The position numbers were made by a program, and so were the translations under genes. The notes under the pieces were generated by a model that saw only the letters and a list, made by a program, of their open reading frames with translations, made no database searches and was not told the DNA's origin. 64,000 nucleotides of DNA, taken from the sequence record OX638288. One strand, 5' to 3'. This DNA is from Escherichia phage UP19. Shown here in pieces: positions 1 through 10,257 of this stretch; position 1 is the stretch's first letter; each line of letters begins with the position of its first letter.

Positions 1-1429
1 GTCGAACGTTTGCCATATTATAATAGGTTTCATCGCCACCTATATTGACTTTATTATTACCACCAACATAAGTATTAGAATCGCCTTGGGTCATATAATA
101 CCCGTCGGCTACTGTCTTAGAAGTTTTACGTCCGTCAGGAGCGACTTCTTCGTAACTACCTGTAGGGTGGATTAATCGGTAACGTTCTTGCCCTGGGGTG
201 TTATCGAATTCTTGGATATGCCCACCTTCAGTTTGCATGGTTTGGACATATGGGTATTCGCCTTTATAACTAGAATCCGGCTCTTTAAAAAGAATCCTTG
301 TATCTTCCGGAGTCCATGGGTCGGCTGGGTCGGAATTTGCAGGAGCCGCAAAGGTTTGAATCATCCTATACGAACGTCCTTTAAATTCTCTTTCTTTAGG
401 GGCCATAATACCGTATGATTCCATATTACCTGTAAGGATAATCATTGATACCCTTGAGGCACGACCCTTAGTTTGGTTAAACCACACTGAATTACGAGCT
501 TCCTCAAATGCCTTTTTATAATCGCCTATTAGCATTGCACTGAGCATACCACGGAATTTAGCAAGCCCACCTAAACCCATTTGGAAAGCCATGTTTTCAA
601 GAGCCATTTGTCTTGAACGGTTTTCTTTATTGTAAACAGGACCTACAACACTATGCCTGCCTATATCGTTTTGAACTTTTTTAAGGTCTTCTTGGAATAA
701 TTTAGAAGCCTCGTCCATTGATATTGCACCAGGGTTTCCTTTAACTTCACGACCTATTTGATTAGATAATATTTTGTTTATCTGGGTCATATCTCTAATA
801 GGTTGTGGTGTAATAAGGTGACCTATACCAATAGTAGGATATCCTTCGGTGTCCCAATATACCTTCAGACGAAGACCCTCATCACGATGAAGCATGTTTT
901 CTATTGTGAAATTAGGATTATCATCAGGCTTAACTTGGCTTAAATCTAATCCATCCGGATTAATACCTACATCAGTGTTTGCATCTTGTATTACGTTAGA
1001 AGCGGCATCATATCCAACTTCGCCACCTCGGTTTAGTGCAGCGGCATCATTACCTAAATAAAGCGGATACTGTCCTGTTGGGTCACTAAAACCTTCGTTT
1101 GGATTTGCCTTTTGTTTTGAAGCCGAACCGTATGTACCGAGGACAAGCCCGTTTAATTTCCACTTATCAAGAAAGTGTCCGTAAACTTGTGTACCCGGGA
1201 CCATACCGGTCATAGCGGTTTGGATACCTGAAACCGAGGCAGAAGATGTAGGCATTAATACCGACATCCATGGTAAATCTTCTGTACGAAGGCCTTTTAC
1301 AGGACCTTGTACTTTTTCATATGGATGCATACCCCAGACGCGTACGCGTACTCGGCCCTGTTTGAGTGGGTCCATTCGGTCTTCAACTACACCGACGAAC
1401 CAACTTAAATTATCAGACATGTTAATCAT
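1..1429 (-). CDS. 5: baseplate hub subunit / tail lysozyme gp5, N-terminal part (gene runs off the window start)
   Basis: Minus-strand ATG at 1427-1429; translation starts MINMSDNLSWFVGVVED, like T4 gp5 N-terminus; open to position 1; absent from ORF track because no stop inside window. Confidence 0.85.
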   Translation of the reverse strand, partial: MINMSDNLSWFVGVVEDRMDPLKQGRVRVRVWGMHPYEKVQGPVKGLRTEDLPWMSVLMPTSSASVSGIQTAMTGMVPGTQVYGHFLDKWKLNGLVLGTYGSASKQKANPNEGFSDPTGQYPLYLGNDAAALNRGGEVGYDAASNVIQDANTDVGINPDGLDLSQVKPDDNPNFTIENMLHRDEGLRLKVYWDTEGYPTIGIGHLITPQPIRDMTQINKILSNQIGREVKGNPGAISMDEASKLFQEDLKKVQNDIGRHSVVGPVYNKENRSRQMALENMAFQMGLGGLAKFRGMLSAMLIGDYKKAFEEARNSVWFNQTKGRASRVSMIILTGNMESYGIMAPKEREFKGRSYRMIQTFAAPANSDPADPWTPEDTRILFKEPDSSYKGEYPYVQTMQTEGGHIQEFDNTPGQERYRLIHPTGSYEEVAPDGRKTSKTVADGYYMTQGDSNTYVGGNNKVNIGGDETYYNMANVR

Positions 1430-2031
1430 TAGAGGGCTTTCTCCATTTCACGAATAAGAGCAGAAATAAAAGACTCAATATCATTAGGGTCTATAATTTT
1501 TATTTCACGCTTATATTCATTTTTGCGAATAGCATCCTCGTAAATATCTACTGCGGCCAATGGGCCTTCGTATTGAGGATAACGTTTTTCTGTATCGCCT
1601 TTATCATACCAAGTATACGGATTTTCTGGTGTGTTGACAAGATTCCAGAATTTCTCGCCTTTTTCGTTTACATGGTAAAGGACCTGGTTTCCACCAGTGG
1701 TAGAATATCTTTGGATGGCTGCTTGGTAGGCGGCTTCTTGGCCGGTAATCCATCCATAATACGGGTCGTATATATTATTACACATCAGTAAAACCCAATA
1801 TAATTGGACATTGCCATAAAGAATATGGGCCAATTCTTCCGGGCGTGGGGCTCCATTGATATAATAAGTTTTTAGTGTATAATTTTTAGCCACTCTATCA
1901 AAATATTCTTTATAATTTCTAAATATATCAGTCATCGGCACGCTCAATACATCAGCATTTGTTAATGAGCCGGAATCTGGCTTGACTGTTTTTGATTCGT
2001 AATCGATAGGGTCGAAAAATGAGAAGAGCAT
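1429..2031 (-). CDS. 53: baseplate wedge subunit gp53
   Basis: 200 aa MLFSFFDPIDYESKTV...; size and sequence like T4 gp53; sits between 5 and 4 as in T4. Confidence 0.85.
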   Translation of the reverse strand: MLFSFFDPIDYESKTVKPDSGSLTNADVLSVPMTDIFRNYKEYFDRVAKNYTLKTYYINGAPRPEELAHILYGNVQLYWVLLMCNNIYDPYYGWITGQEAAYQAAIQRYSTTGGNQVLYHVNEKGEKFWNLVNTPENPYTWYDKGDTEKRYPQYEGPLAAVDIYEDAIRKNEYKREIKIIDPNDIESFISALIREMEKAL

Positions 2032-2043
2032 AGGGCCTCCGAG

Positions 2044-2051
2044 TATAAATA
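2044..2051 (+). promoter_or_regulatory. T4-type late promoter TATAAATA for gene 4
   Basis: Exact TATAAATA about 27 nt upstream of gene 4 ATG. Confidence 0.6.
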
Positions 2052-2058
2052 ATATTAA

Positions 2059-2066
2059 TATTTATA
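2059..2066 (-). promoter_or_regulatory. T4-type late promoter (minus strand) for genes 53/5
   Basis: Plus-strand tatttata = TATAAATA on minus strand, about 28 nt upstream of gene 53 ATG; divergent from the gene 4 promoter. Confidence 0.55.
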
Positions 2067-2077
2067 AGGAGGCAACT

Positions 2078-2527
2078 ATGGCTTACTCAGGGAAATTTAA
2101 ACCTACCAACTTACAAAAATATAAAGGTGACTGGAAGAAAATCCAATATCGTTCCTCATGGGAAGCATGGCTCATGCGTTGGCTTGACAATCATCCTAAC
2201 GTAGTCCAATGGAACTCTGAAGAGGTAGTTATTCCGTATTTTAGTAATGCTGATGGAAAGAAACGTCGATATTTTATGGACTTCTGGGTTAAGTTTGATA
2301 ATGGCCAACAATTCTTTTTTGAAGTCAAACCTTTTAAAGAAACCCATCCTCCAGCGGCTCCTGCTAAAATGACTACAGCCGCTAAAAAGAGATATATCAA
2401 CGAACATTATACATGGAGTGTAAATAAAGATAAATGGAAAGCTGCTAAAGCTACAGCAGATAAAATGGGAATCAATTTTAGATTGATAACTGAAAACTCA
2501 CTGAAAAAATTAGGATGGAAAGGATGA
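2078..2527 (+). CDS. 4: head completion protein gp4
   Basis: 149 aa [17 protein letters not shown]...; like T4 gp4; synteny. Confidence 0.85.
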   Translation: MAYSGKFKPTNLQKYKGDWKKIQYRSSWEAWLMRWLDNHPNVVQWNSEEVVIPYFSNADGKKRRYFMDFWVKFDNGQQFFFEVKPFKETHPPAAPAKMTTAAKKRYINEHYTWSVNKDKWKAAKATADKMGINFRLITENSLKKLGWKG

Positions 2528-3351
2528 GTATATTTTCCTACATCAATGAGGCCACTGAAACCACAAAAGGTTCTAAGCCCACTCGTTCAGAGCAACAATG
2601 GATAGCTTTAGGTGTTGAATATGCCAAAGCTAAGGCCAAAGGTGTCTCGGCTAAGAAATTCGCTGAAGATAAAGGCATTAAGTATTCTAGCTTTACATCT
2701 GCGATGTCTCGATACTCGAGTCGAATTAAAACTGCTGTACAGGTCGAAAAACTCCAGAAGAAACCTGGCAATAAATTAACCAAAGCTGAACGTCAATTAA
2801 TTTTGGTGAATAGTTTTAGAAAGAGTATTCGTGATAAGATTGCTAACGAAGGAGCCTCTGTAAACAATAAATCAGCTAAATGGTTTACAGAAACATTAAA
2901 GAAAGGAATTCGTGGACACCAGGTATCTAAACCATCTCCCGGTAAGCTTTATGCTTATATCTATGATGCTAAACACAAGGACACATTACCCTACTGGGAC
3001 AAATATCCTTTAATCATTTATCTTGGACTTGGTAAGCATAATCTGATGTACGGGTTGAACTTACACTATATTCCGCCTAAAGCACGCCAGCAATTTCTAG
3101 AAGAATTGCTGAAGCAATACGCGAGTACGCCTACCATTACAAACTCGACTAAATTAAAAATCGATTGGAGTAAGGTAAAAGGATTCGCTGGCGCTGACGT
3201 GATGATTAAAGCTTATATCCCTGGAAATATCAAAGGACCTTTAGTAGAGATAAAACCTTCTGATTGGGCTAATGTCGTAATGATGCCTCTCCAGCAGTTC
3301 ATGTCTAAAGGTAAGCGTTACTCAGCTCAGACAGTATGGAAGAACGCATAA
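2515..3351 (+). CDS. 2: DNA end protector protein gp2
   Basis: 278 aa; position between 4 and 3 and size match T4 gp2 (about 274 aa); start may be the second ATG at 2524. Confidence 0.75.
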   Translation: MERMSIFSYINEATETTKGSKPTRSEQQWIALGVEYAKAKAKGVSAKKFAEDKGIKYSSFTSAMSRYSSRIKTAVQVEKLQKKPGNKLTKAERQLILVNSFRKSIRDKIANEGASVNNKSAKWFTETLKKGIRGHQVSKPSPGKLYAYIYDAKHKDTLPYWDKYPLIIYLGLGKHNLMYGLNLHYIPPKARQQFLEELLKQYASTPTITNSTKLKIDWSKVKGFAGADVMIKAYIPGNIKGPLVEIKPSDWANVVMMPLQQFMSKGKRYSAQTVWKNA

Positions 3352-3436
3352 TAATCTATTATCCCAGCCAGTTATTGAATGGAACAGACCTAGGACCATT
3401 ATACACTGGCTAGGACTTAAGCAATATAGGAATCCT

Positions 3437-4027
3437 ATGAACGGTTTATTTAACCAAACTAACACTACCAACTTTATCTTAGAGGTTAGTGACTCAGGAA
3501 TGACGCAGGCATTCAAATTGAACGTACAAGATGTAACACTACCGGGCATCCATATTCCGGTCTCAGACGTCCCAGGATCGACCCAAGGTATAAACCGTGC
3601 TAAACTGCCAGGTTCTACTGTAGAATTCGACCCTTTGATTGTGAACTTTCTTGTAGACCGCGAGTTGAAATCATGGCTGGACGTTTATAAATGGATGCTA
3701 TCATTAAACAACTATGTAACACATGAATCTGAAGCCTGGCATCCTAAAGGTCAGCCTGAGGCTATCACCCTCCACATTCTTGATAACAACAAACAGAAAA
3801 TCGTAATGAGCATTCATTACTACGGTGGTTGGCCATCCGACCTTTCCGAGATTCAGTACTCTTATAAAGAAGATTCCGACCCTGCGATAATCGCTACAGC
3901 AACATTCAACTTCAAATCGTTTGCTGTAGAAATAGATGGTACAATAGTTACAGGTCGTCCACAAATTGATTCGTATGCCGAACAACGTGTGGCTCGTATG
4001 TCTATGCATCCATCTATGAGAAAATAA
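3437..4027 (+). CDS. 3: tail completion / sheath stabilizer gp3
   Basis: 196 aa; synteny between 2 and 1; stop overlaps gene 1 start. Confidence 0.7.
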   Translation: MNGLFNQTNTTNFILEVSDSGMTQAFKLNVQDVTLPGIHIPVSDVPGSTQGINRAKLPGSTVEFDPLIVNFLVDRELKSWLDVYKWMLSLNNYVTHESEAWHPKGQPEAITLHILDNNKQKIVMSIHYYGGWPSDLSEIQYSYKEDSDPAIIATATFNFKSFAVEIDGTIVTGRPQIDSYAEQRVARMSMHPSMRK

Positions 4028-4780
4028 TGAAACTAATATCAATTGTAGGAATCAAACGTAGCGGTAAGGATACCGTTGCTAACTATGTAATTGAGAATAT
4101 GGATTCCGTAAAATTCCAACTCGCCGGTCCTATTAAAAAGTATCTGGCTGAAGCTTATGAATACATATCTGATGACCCTGTATTCGACCGTAGCTATATG
4201 CCTAAACTTGATTTTAACTGTTTTGAAGGTATCGGTTATGACCGTGAAGAAATCATTCCTTTAAAACCATATGATGTTATTGATATTTTTGAAAATGCTA
4301 TTGTTAAGCTGAATAATATCCTTCCTATTCCCGGAATTGATGTTCGTACCGCATATCATTATGGTCTTACCCCGGTCCAATATCTGTCTGAAGAAACAAA
4401 AGACCAGCTATTTGAAGTAATAAATAAAAATAACAATTGGTCAGTACGTCGTCTCATGCAGACCCTTGGGACTGATATTATTGTTAACCAATTTGATAAG
4501 ATGTATTGGGTTAAGTTGTTCGCTTTAGACTATTTTGATAAAATATACTCTGATGCGAAATACTATGTCGTACCTGATGTTCGTCAAACACATGAAATTG
4601 ATTCGCTCAGAGCGATGGGTGCTACGATTATTCATGTAGTTCGCGCTGAAACCGGTCAAGTACAAGACTCGCACATCACTGAAGCGGGTCTACCAATTTT
4701 ACCTGGTGACGTTGTTGTTGAAAATAACGGCACTCTTTCTGAACTATACACTACTATTGATAAATTATTAGGAAATAAAA

Positions 4781-4788
<8 letters not shown>
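4027..4788 (+). CDS. 1: deoxynucleoside monophosphate kinase gp1
   Basis: 253 aa; P-loop VGIKRSGKDT; ...WSVRRLMQTLGTDIIVNQFDKMYWVKLFALDY... like T4 gp1. Confidence 0.9.
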
Positions 4789-5687
<899 letters not shown>

Positions 5688-5698
5688 TTTAAAAAAGG

Positions 5699-5741
5699 TG
5701 TTTACAAGGTCTATAGACATGATACTATAGGCCTATCAAAA
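5699..5741 (+). promoter_or_regulatory. early promoter / stem-loop cassette (PeSL-like)
   Basis: GTTTACA, 16-17 nt spacer, TACTAT, then conserved core tataggcctatcaaaac; member of a repeat family. Confidence 0.6.
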
Positions 5742-5765
5742 CAAACCAACCACATGGAAATCAAA

Positions 5766-5990
5766 ATGAAAACTTATCAAGAATTTATTACAGAAGCTAA
5801 AAAACACGAAGACCAACTGCCGGTTGTTACAAAAACCTTTGACGGTACATTGGCCGATTTTAAAAAAGTCCCTAGTGATAAGCTCGCTAAATTGGCCGGG
5901 AGTATCGGTGAAAAAGATGGCAAGGTCACGTTTTCTGCTCAAGGTACAGCCAATCTTAAAAAACTTTTGAAAGCCGCTGGCGCAGAATAA
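5766..5990 (+). CDS. internal-protein-like protein (CTS MKTYQEFITE)
   Basis: ATG 5766 after SD ggaaa; N-terminus MKTYQEFITEA; position equals T4 ipI locus. Confidence 0.65.
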   Translation: MKTYQEFITEAKKHEDQLPVVTKTFDGTLADFKKVPSDKLAKLAGSIGEKDGKVTFSAQGTANLKKLLKAAGAE

Positions 5991-5991
5991 A

Positions 5992-6264
5992 ATGAAAACT
6001 TATCAAGAATTTATCGCTGAATCTATTCTTAATGAGGAAGTAAAAATTAACAAATCTGTTAAGACTATGATTGATAATATAAATCATCTCTATAACATCG
6101 ATTTGACTAATCATGTAACTTTAGGCAATAAGCTAAACTTTTTTGTATTCGATACTTCAGAACTCGACCAAAATCAAATCAATAATATTGAACGCTTTGC
6201 TAATGACAAAGGGCTTCGTCACGAAACAGCTGGCTATAAAAAATATGCAATTTATCTAAAATAA
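5992..6264 (+). CDS. internal-protein-like protein (CTS MKTYQEFIAE)
   Basis: 90 aa; N-terminus MKTYQEFIAES identical to the T4 IPIII-type CTS. Confidence 0.65.
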   Translation: MKTYQEFIAESILNEEVKINKSVKTMIDNINHLYNIDLTNHVTLGNKLNFFVFDTSELDQNQINNIERFANDKGLRHETAGYKKYAIYLK

Positions 6265-6267
6265 ATT

Positions 6268-6309
6268 GTTTACAACGGGCTTTAGTGATGATACTATAGC
6301 CCTATCAAA
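6268..6309 (+). promoter_or_regulatory. early promoter / stem-loop cassette (PeSL-like)
   Basis: gtttacaacgggctttagtgatgatactatagccctatcaaaa; same family. Confidence 0.6.
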
Positions 6310-6333
6310 ACAAATGAGTGATTGGAGAATAAA

Positions 6334-6519
6334 ATGAAACGTTGTGAATTAATTAGAAATGTTACTGCACTGGCCGCCGTTACTGCTTTTGGCTTTAGTA
6401 TGTTTGCAGGATTCATGTTGGATTTGCTTACAACTTCCGAGAATACAATCTCTTTAGTAGTGGCATTCTTAATTGGTTCAATCTCTTTCGTTATGGATAA
6501 AATCTCTAAAGGTGAATAA
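6334..6519 (+). CDS. small membrane protein
   Basis: ATG 6334 with SD ggaga; 61 aa, two hydrophobic helices. Confidence 0.55.
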   Translation: MKRCELIRNVTALAAVTAFGFSMFAGFMLDLLTTSENTISLVVAFLIGSISFVMDKISKGE

Positions 6520-6920
6520 TGAACGTTGAATATTATGTATATGCGGATTACGAAAATAATCCGTCTAAAGATGAAGATAACCGTTTAGGTGTAGATGCTT
6601 TTGAATCCCCTGCAGCGGCATGGCAATGGGTTGAAAGAACCGATATTCCTTACCGTTATATTGAAGTGGTCGACCACGCAGGAAACAAGTATCCTAAGGA
6701 AGCATATGTTCCTTCCGGAAAGGTAAATTTCCTTTTGTTTGCGGGTGATAATTATTATCCACGTGGCGGGTATACCGATTTAATCGCTAAGGCATTTTCT
6801 GAAGACGAACTACGTAATATCGTTAAAGATAATGAGAATAAGCCTCGTTACGGTTCTAATCGTTTTGACTGGTGGCAGATTGTTAATGCTAATACCCACA
6901 CTATTGTAGACGAGGGTTAA
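6519..6920 (+). CDS. hypothetical protein
   Basis: 133 aa ORF; ATGA overlap with upstream stop. Confidence 0.5.
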   Translation: MNVEYYVYADYENNPSKDEDNRLGVDAFESPAAAWQWVERTDIPYRYIEVVDHAGNKYPKEAYVPSGKVNFLLFAGDNYYPRGGYTDLIAKAFSEDELRNIVKDNENKPRYGSNRFDWWQIVNANTHTIVDEG

Positions 6921-7211
6921 ATGTTATACGTTAAGGTTACTAATCCAGGGAATGGCTATAAATCCGATCAGGTTGCAGCCGAGTTGTTGATTCGAAATTA
7001 CGGCAAAGATGCTGTGCTTGATGTTCAACAGGTTAATATTGGCCGTAGTTCAAGCGATGTTAAACTCAAAGTTAACAGCCAACGCTATAATTCTGTTAAC
7101 TTTACTTTTTATACGGCAAATGAAAATGGGTTGGTCGAATATGACATCTTTAAAAATCCTTTGAAAATTGCTTCTATTAAACTTGATTATATTAATATGT
7201 GGCCACAATGA
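6921..7211 (+). CDS. hypothetical protein
   Basis: 96 aa ORF tiling the + strand. Confidence 0.5.
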   Translation: MLYVKVTNPGNGYKSDQVAAELLIRNYGKDAVLDVQQVNIGRSSSDVKLKVNSQRYNSVNFTFYTANENGLVEYDIFKNPLKIASIKLDYINMWPQ

Positions 7212-7684
7212 ATATTAAATTCGGACAAATTATCCCTAAAGGTTATGCAATTGAAATTGAAACCTGGGAAAATGATGGCGATAACTATAAAACCCAGACT
7301 GTATTTGGCGTAGAAGAACATGAAATCCAACAGTACAAATATATCCTAGAACTTTTCCATGGTTCTCATTGCAACAACCCGGATAAATGTGGTAATTCGG
7401 AATGGGACGTAGTTAAGCATCTGGTTATTGCCCACATTGAATCGGGTGTAAAATCAGGCCAGTTGACCCCTGAATTTTTAGATAAGGCCCTCGGTATCCA
7501 AGACTTAGAAGCCTTGCTGAATGACGACGAGGAAGAATACTACTTGAATGAAGCCCTTACTGAGCTCCTTGGTATGGCTTGTGAATATGATGGTGATTTC
7601 ATCCGTGTAATTTCTTACGTTAAGCTGTATATTATTGAAGAAGAAATTAAAATCCCTGATGTGAAAGCACTTGATATGCTTTAA
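7208..7684 (+). CDS. hypothetical acidic protein
   Basis: ATG 7208 overlapping upstream stop (ATGA); 158 aa. Confidence 0.5.
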   Translation: MNIKFGQIIPKGYAIEIETWENDGDNYKTQTVFGVEEHEIQQYKYILELFHGSHCNNPDKCGNSEWDVVKHLVIAHIESGVKSGQLTPEFLDKALGIQDLEALLNDDEEEYYLNEALTELLGMACEYDGDFIRVISYVKLYIIEEEIKIPDVKALDML

Positions 7685-7813
7685 GAATTATGTGATATTA
7701 TTACTCTATCATTAATACCCTCTATTACCAAAGGTTCTTCCCTCAAAGAGCCTTTCATAATAGACAAGGTCTATTAATCAAACTTACTTTACTTAATTTT
7801 ATTTGAGGTGTTT

Positions 7814-8080
7814 ATGTTAGTATTAAAATTAGCTTTTTATGACCCAGAAACCAAGACAACAACTACTAAACGTTGTTCTATTTCATATGAATGCCAATTT
7901 GGCGAAGTTGAGACCGACGGCGAGCCCTTTATGGCAATTGCCGATAGCACATTCGCTAAACCAAAAATAATTCCACTAGTTAATGCTGCGGCTTATCTGG
8001 TTGCTCCTGAAGAAATGACTTATCATACAATTCAGCACATGGCTAAAGATGATAATGCTCCTGCTGGATTTGTAATTTAA
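7814..8080 (+). CDS. hypothetical protein
   Basis: ATG 7814 after SD gaggtg; 88 aa; ends 5 nt before first tRNA. Confidence 0.5.
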   Translation: MLVLKLAFYDPETKTTTTKRCSISYECQFGEVETDGEPFMAIADSTFAKPKIIPLVNAAAYLVAPEEMTYHTIQHMAKDDNAPAGFVI

Positions 8081-8085
8081 ATTAA

Positions 8086-8159
8086 GGCCCTGTAGCTGGA
8101 CGGTCAAGCGAGCGACTCATAATCGCTGGATGGTGGTTCGATTCCACCCAGGGCCACCA
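8086..8159 (+). tRNA. tRNA, anticodon CAU (Met or lysidine-Ile)
   Basis: Perfect 7-bp acceptor stem ggccctg/cagggcc; anticodon arm agcga-ctCATaa-tcgct; T-arm ggtgg-ttcgatt-ccacc; encoded CCA. Confidence 0.75.
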
Positions 8160-8163
8160 ATTT

Positions 8164-8238
8164 GGATGTGTAGCTCAGCGGTAGAGCAGTTGACTGTTAA
8201 TCAATTGGTCCATGGTTCGAATCCATGCATGTCCGCCA
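8164..8238 (+). tRNA. tRNA-Asn (GUU)
   Basis: D-arm gctc-agcggta-gagc; anticodon loop ctGTTaa; T-arm catgg-ttcgaat-ccatg; encoded CCA. Confidence 0.8.
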
Positions 8239-8242
8239 AATA

Positions 8243-8318
8243 CGAGGCATAGCTCAGAAGGAAGAGCAACGGTCTTCTAAACCGTAGGTCGTAGGTTCGA
8301 TCCCTACTGTCTCGACCA
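8243..8318 (+). tRNA. tRNA-Arg (UCU)
   Basis: Anticodon arm acggt-ctTCTaa-accgt; T-arm gtagg-ttcgatc-cctac; encoded CCA; T4 also carries tRNA-Arg(UCU). Confidence 0.8.
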
Positions 8319-8490
8319 AACAAGAAACCGGGTCGCTACCGGTAAGTCGTCGGACTGAAGCTCCCTGAATAAGACCCGACTTTAAGGCGTACATGAGTTG
8401 ACCTCTTAAAGTCCCTTATCTCACAGCTGAAACGGCGCACAGAACACTTGCCTAGCAGGTGGAACCCCGACAAGGTTACCCTAGGTTAAA
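8319..8490 (+). ncRNA. structured small RNA downstream of tRNA cluster (candidate analogue of T4 rnaC/rnaD stable RNAs)
   Basis: About 170 nt with no credible ORF, GC-rich paired segments, same transcript as tRNAs, followed by a terminator. Confidence 0.4.
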
Positions 8491-8518
8491 GGCCCTTCCG
8501 AAAGGTTGGGCCTTTTTT
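8491..8518 (+). terminator. rho-independent terminator
   Basis: ggcccttccgaaaggttgggcc hairpin followed by T6. Confidence 0.7.
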
Positions 8519-8519
8519 G

Positions 8520-8527
8520 TATAAATA
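8520..8527 (+). promoter_or_regulatory. late promoter TATAAATA
   Basis: Exact TATAAATA directly after terminator, 27 nt before ORF 8554. Confidence 0.6.
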
Positions 8528-8553
8528 TACAGTAAACTAACTTAGGAAATAAT

Positions 8554-9108
8554 ATGAAACTTTTAAAATATTTGAGTTGGATTCTGTTGGTCCCACTAGA
8601 TTTTATCTCTATGGTTCTAGCCGTTATCCTTGCGCCTTTTGTGGTTCCTTTTCATAATAAAAAGACTGGTAAATTGCCATACGGTTTTGATTGGATGATG
8701 ACATACGATAATCCAATTGACGGCGATAAAGGTCATATTAAACGTTGGGCTAAAATCAGGAAAATGCCTGGTGGTGTTTATCTCCAGAGAGTAGCTTGGC
8801 TATGGCGAAATAAAGCTTATAACTTTGCTTATCATAAACTAGGCCGTGATTGTAGCTCGGAATTCCATTATCGTGGTAATCCTGACGTAGAATCAGGTTC
8901 TCCTGATAAAGCTCACCATGGTTGGTTGTGGATGTGGAATGATGACGCCTGGGGTGTATTTGCTTCAGTTCCTTATCTTAAGGTCGGCGGAATCACATTT
9001 TACCTTCGCGTGTACTGTGGCTGGAAGCTTAAGAGTCTTTTGTCTCGTAAAATCCCTAAAGCTATGTTGGCCTTCCACGTGAACCCGTTCCGGTTCTACA
9101 AGAACTGA
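8554..9108 (+). CDS. late-expressed membrane-anchored protein, unknown function
   Basis: 184 aa; N-terminal TM helix; preceded by late promoter; flanked by duplicated terminator/late-promoter modules. Confidence 0.6.
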   Translation: MKLLKYLSWILLVPLDFISMVLAVILAPFVVPFHNKKTGKLPYGFDWMMTYDNPIDGDKGHIKRWAKIRKMPGGVYLQRVAWLWRNKAYNFAYHKLGRDCSSEFHYRGNPDVESGSPDKAHHGWLWMWNDDAWGVFASVPYLKVGGITFYLRVYCGWKLKSLLSRKIPKAMLAFHVNPFRFYKN

Positions 9109-9112
9109 TTTA

Positions 9113-9139
9113 CGGCCCTTCCGAAAGGTTGGGCCTTTT
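9113..9139 (+). terminator. rho-independent terminator (second copy)
   Basis: Near-identical ggcccttccgaaaggttgggcc hairpin plus T5. Confidence 0.7.
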
Positions 9140-9140
9140 T

Positions 9141-9148
9141 GTATAAAT
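9141..9148 (+). promoter_or_regulatory. late promoter TATAAATA
   Basis: Exact TATAAATA, about 30 nt before ORF 9178. Confidence 0.6.
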
Positions 9149-9177
9149 AGATAAGTTAATTAACACAGGAAACAATA

Positions 9178-9795
9178 ATGAAAACTTACAATGAATTTTT
9201 GAACGAAAGCGTTCTGAATGAAGCCGGCGTGCGCATGACTAAAGATATGTGGCAAGCTGCTTATGATAAAATTTCCGGGACTAAAACCACTACCGAGTTC
9301 TTTAAAAACGTTTATGATATGTATGGTTTTGATACTAGTAGCCAGAAAGAATATTACAAAGCTTCCAAAGCTTTTAAAGATATCGTAGCCGGTGGCTCTA
9401 CTAAGCCTGCTAAACCAGCTAAAGCTCCTGTTTCTAAACCCGCGGCTCAGACCAAAGTTGCAGCACCGAAACCTACACCTAAAGCAGAGCCTGTAAAAGA
9501 AGCTCCTAAACCTAAAATCAAGTTCGACACCAGCACTATTGTTAAAAAATATAACCAGCTGGCTTCTTTAGTGTCGGAAATCGAATCCGAAACTAAACAA
9601 CTTGTTCGAGAATTCAATGTTCTTCGTAATGGTCAACACATTAACAACCTAGATACCCCGGACCTCTATCGTCTTTACCTGACGGTTGAAGGCCTTAAGT
9701 ATACCCAGCCTATGCACGAAGAAATTGATAACAAACTTCGTCAAGCCCGCCGCCTTGCAGGTGACGCCGCTCAGTTCGAAAAGACCCGTAAATAA
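9178..9795 (+). CDS. internal-protein-like protein (CTS MKTYNEFLNE) with basic Ala/Pro/Lys-rich linker
   Basis: 205 aa; N-terminus MKTYNEFLNES; KPAKPAKAPVSKPAAQTKVAAPKPTPKAEPVKEAPKPK low-complexity segment; late promoter upstream. Confidence 0.65.
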   Translation: MKTYNEFLNESVLNEAGVRMTKDMWQAAYDKISGTKTTTEFFKNVYDMYGFDTSSQKEYYKASKAFKDIVAGGSTKPAKPAKAPVSKPAAQTKVAAPKPTPKAEPVKEAPKPKIKFDTSTIVKKYNQLASLVSEIESETKQLVREFNVLRNGQHINNLDTPDLYRLYLTVEGLKYTQPMHEEIDNKLRQARRLAGDAAQFEKTRK

Positions 9796-9800
9796 TGAAA

Positions 9801-9820
9801 GGAGACTTCGGTCTCCTTTT
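9801..9820 (+). terminator. rho-independent terminator (UUCG tetraloop)
   Basis: ggagac-ttcg-gtctcc followed by tttt. Confidence 0.7.
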
Positions 9821-9854
9821 AGGGGGTTTAATCTAAAAATAATTTCACAAAGTT

Positions 9855-9895
9855 GTTTACACCTCCTTTAAACGTGATACTATAGACCTATCAAA
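9855..9895 (+). promoter_or_regulatory. early promoter / stem-loop cassette (PeSL-like)
   Basis: gtttacacctcctttaaacgtgatactatagacctatcaa; upstream cctcctt complementary to downstream SD aaggagag. Confidence 0.6.
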
Positions 9896-9918
9896 ACAAC
9901 AGAGTGAAGGAGAGTAAA

Positions 9919-10182
9919 ATGGATAATTATGGTGAATTGTTTAATTTCTTTATGAAATGCGTTCCTGAAGAATTTGGTGCTACAGTAAACGATATTAAAG
10001 TTATAGGTGATGACCATCCTATATTTGAAACTTACGCAGTAATGGGTAATGACGATGGGCAGTGGTATACCGTAAAGGTTGTGGTTAATATGTTTGCTGC
10101 TGAAGGGTACGTTAAATTGTCGACCAAAGTTTATCACGATAATGATTTTGATGCGGAAGATTATTTCAATAATATGAAATAA
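9919..10182 (+). CDS. hypothetical protein
   Basis: ATG 9919 after SD aggaga; 87 aa. Confidence 0.55.
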   Translation: MDNYGELFNFFMKCVPEEFGATVNDIKVIGDDHPIFETYAVMGNDDGQWYTVKVVVNMFAAEGYVKLSTKVYHDNDFDAEDYFNNMK

Positions 10183-10184
10183 TT

Positions 10185-10221
10185 GTTTACAACCCTCAGA
10201 GGACAGGGTATAATGTCCTCA
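10185..10221 (+). promoter_or_regulatory. sigma70-type early promoter with -10 inside inverted repeat
   Basis: GTTTACA-17 nt-TATAAT; gaggacag/tgtcctc inverted repeat flanks the -10. Confidence 0.6.
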
Positions 10222-10257
10222 TGGATTACAAAATACCAACCAACTGAAGGAAATACT

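Noticed and set aside
188-418. 76-aa plus-strand ORF from the six-frame track
   Set aside because: Lies entirely inside the minus-strand gp5 coding region, which is well supported by its T4-like N-terminus; no RBS; antisense artefact.
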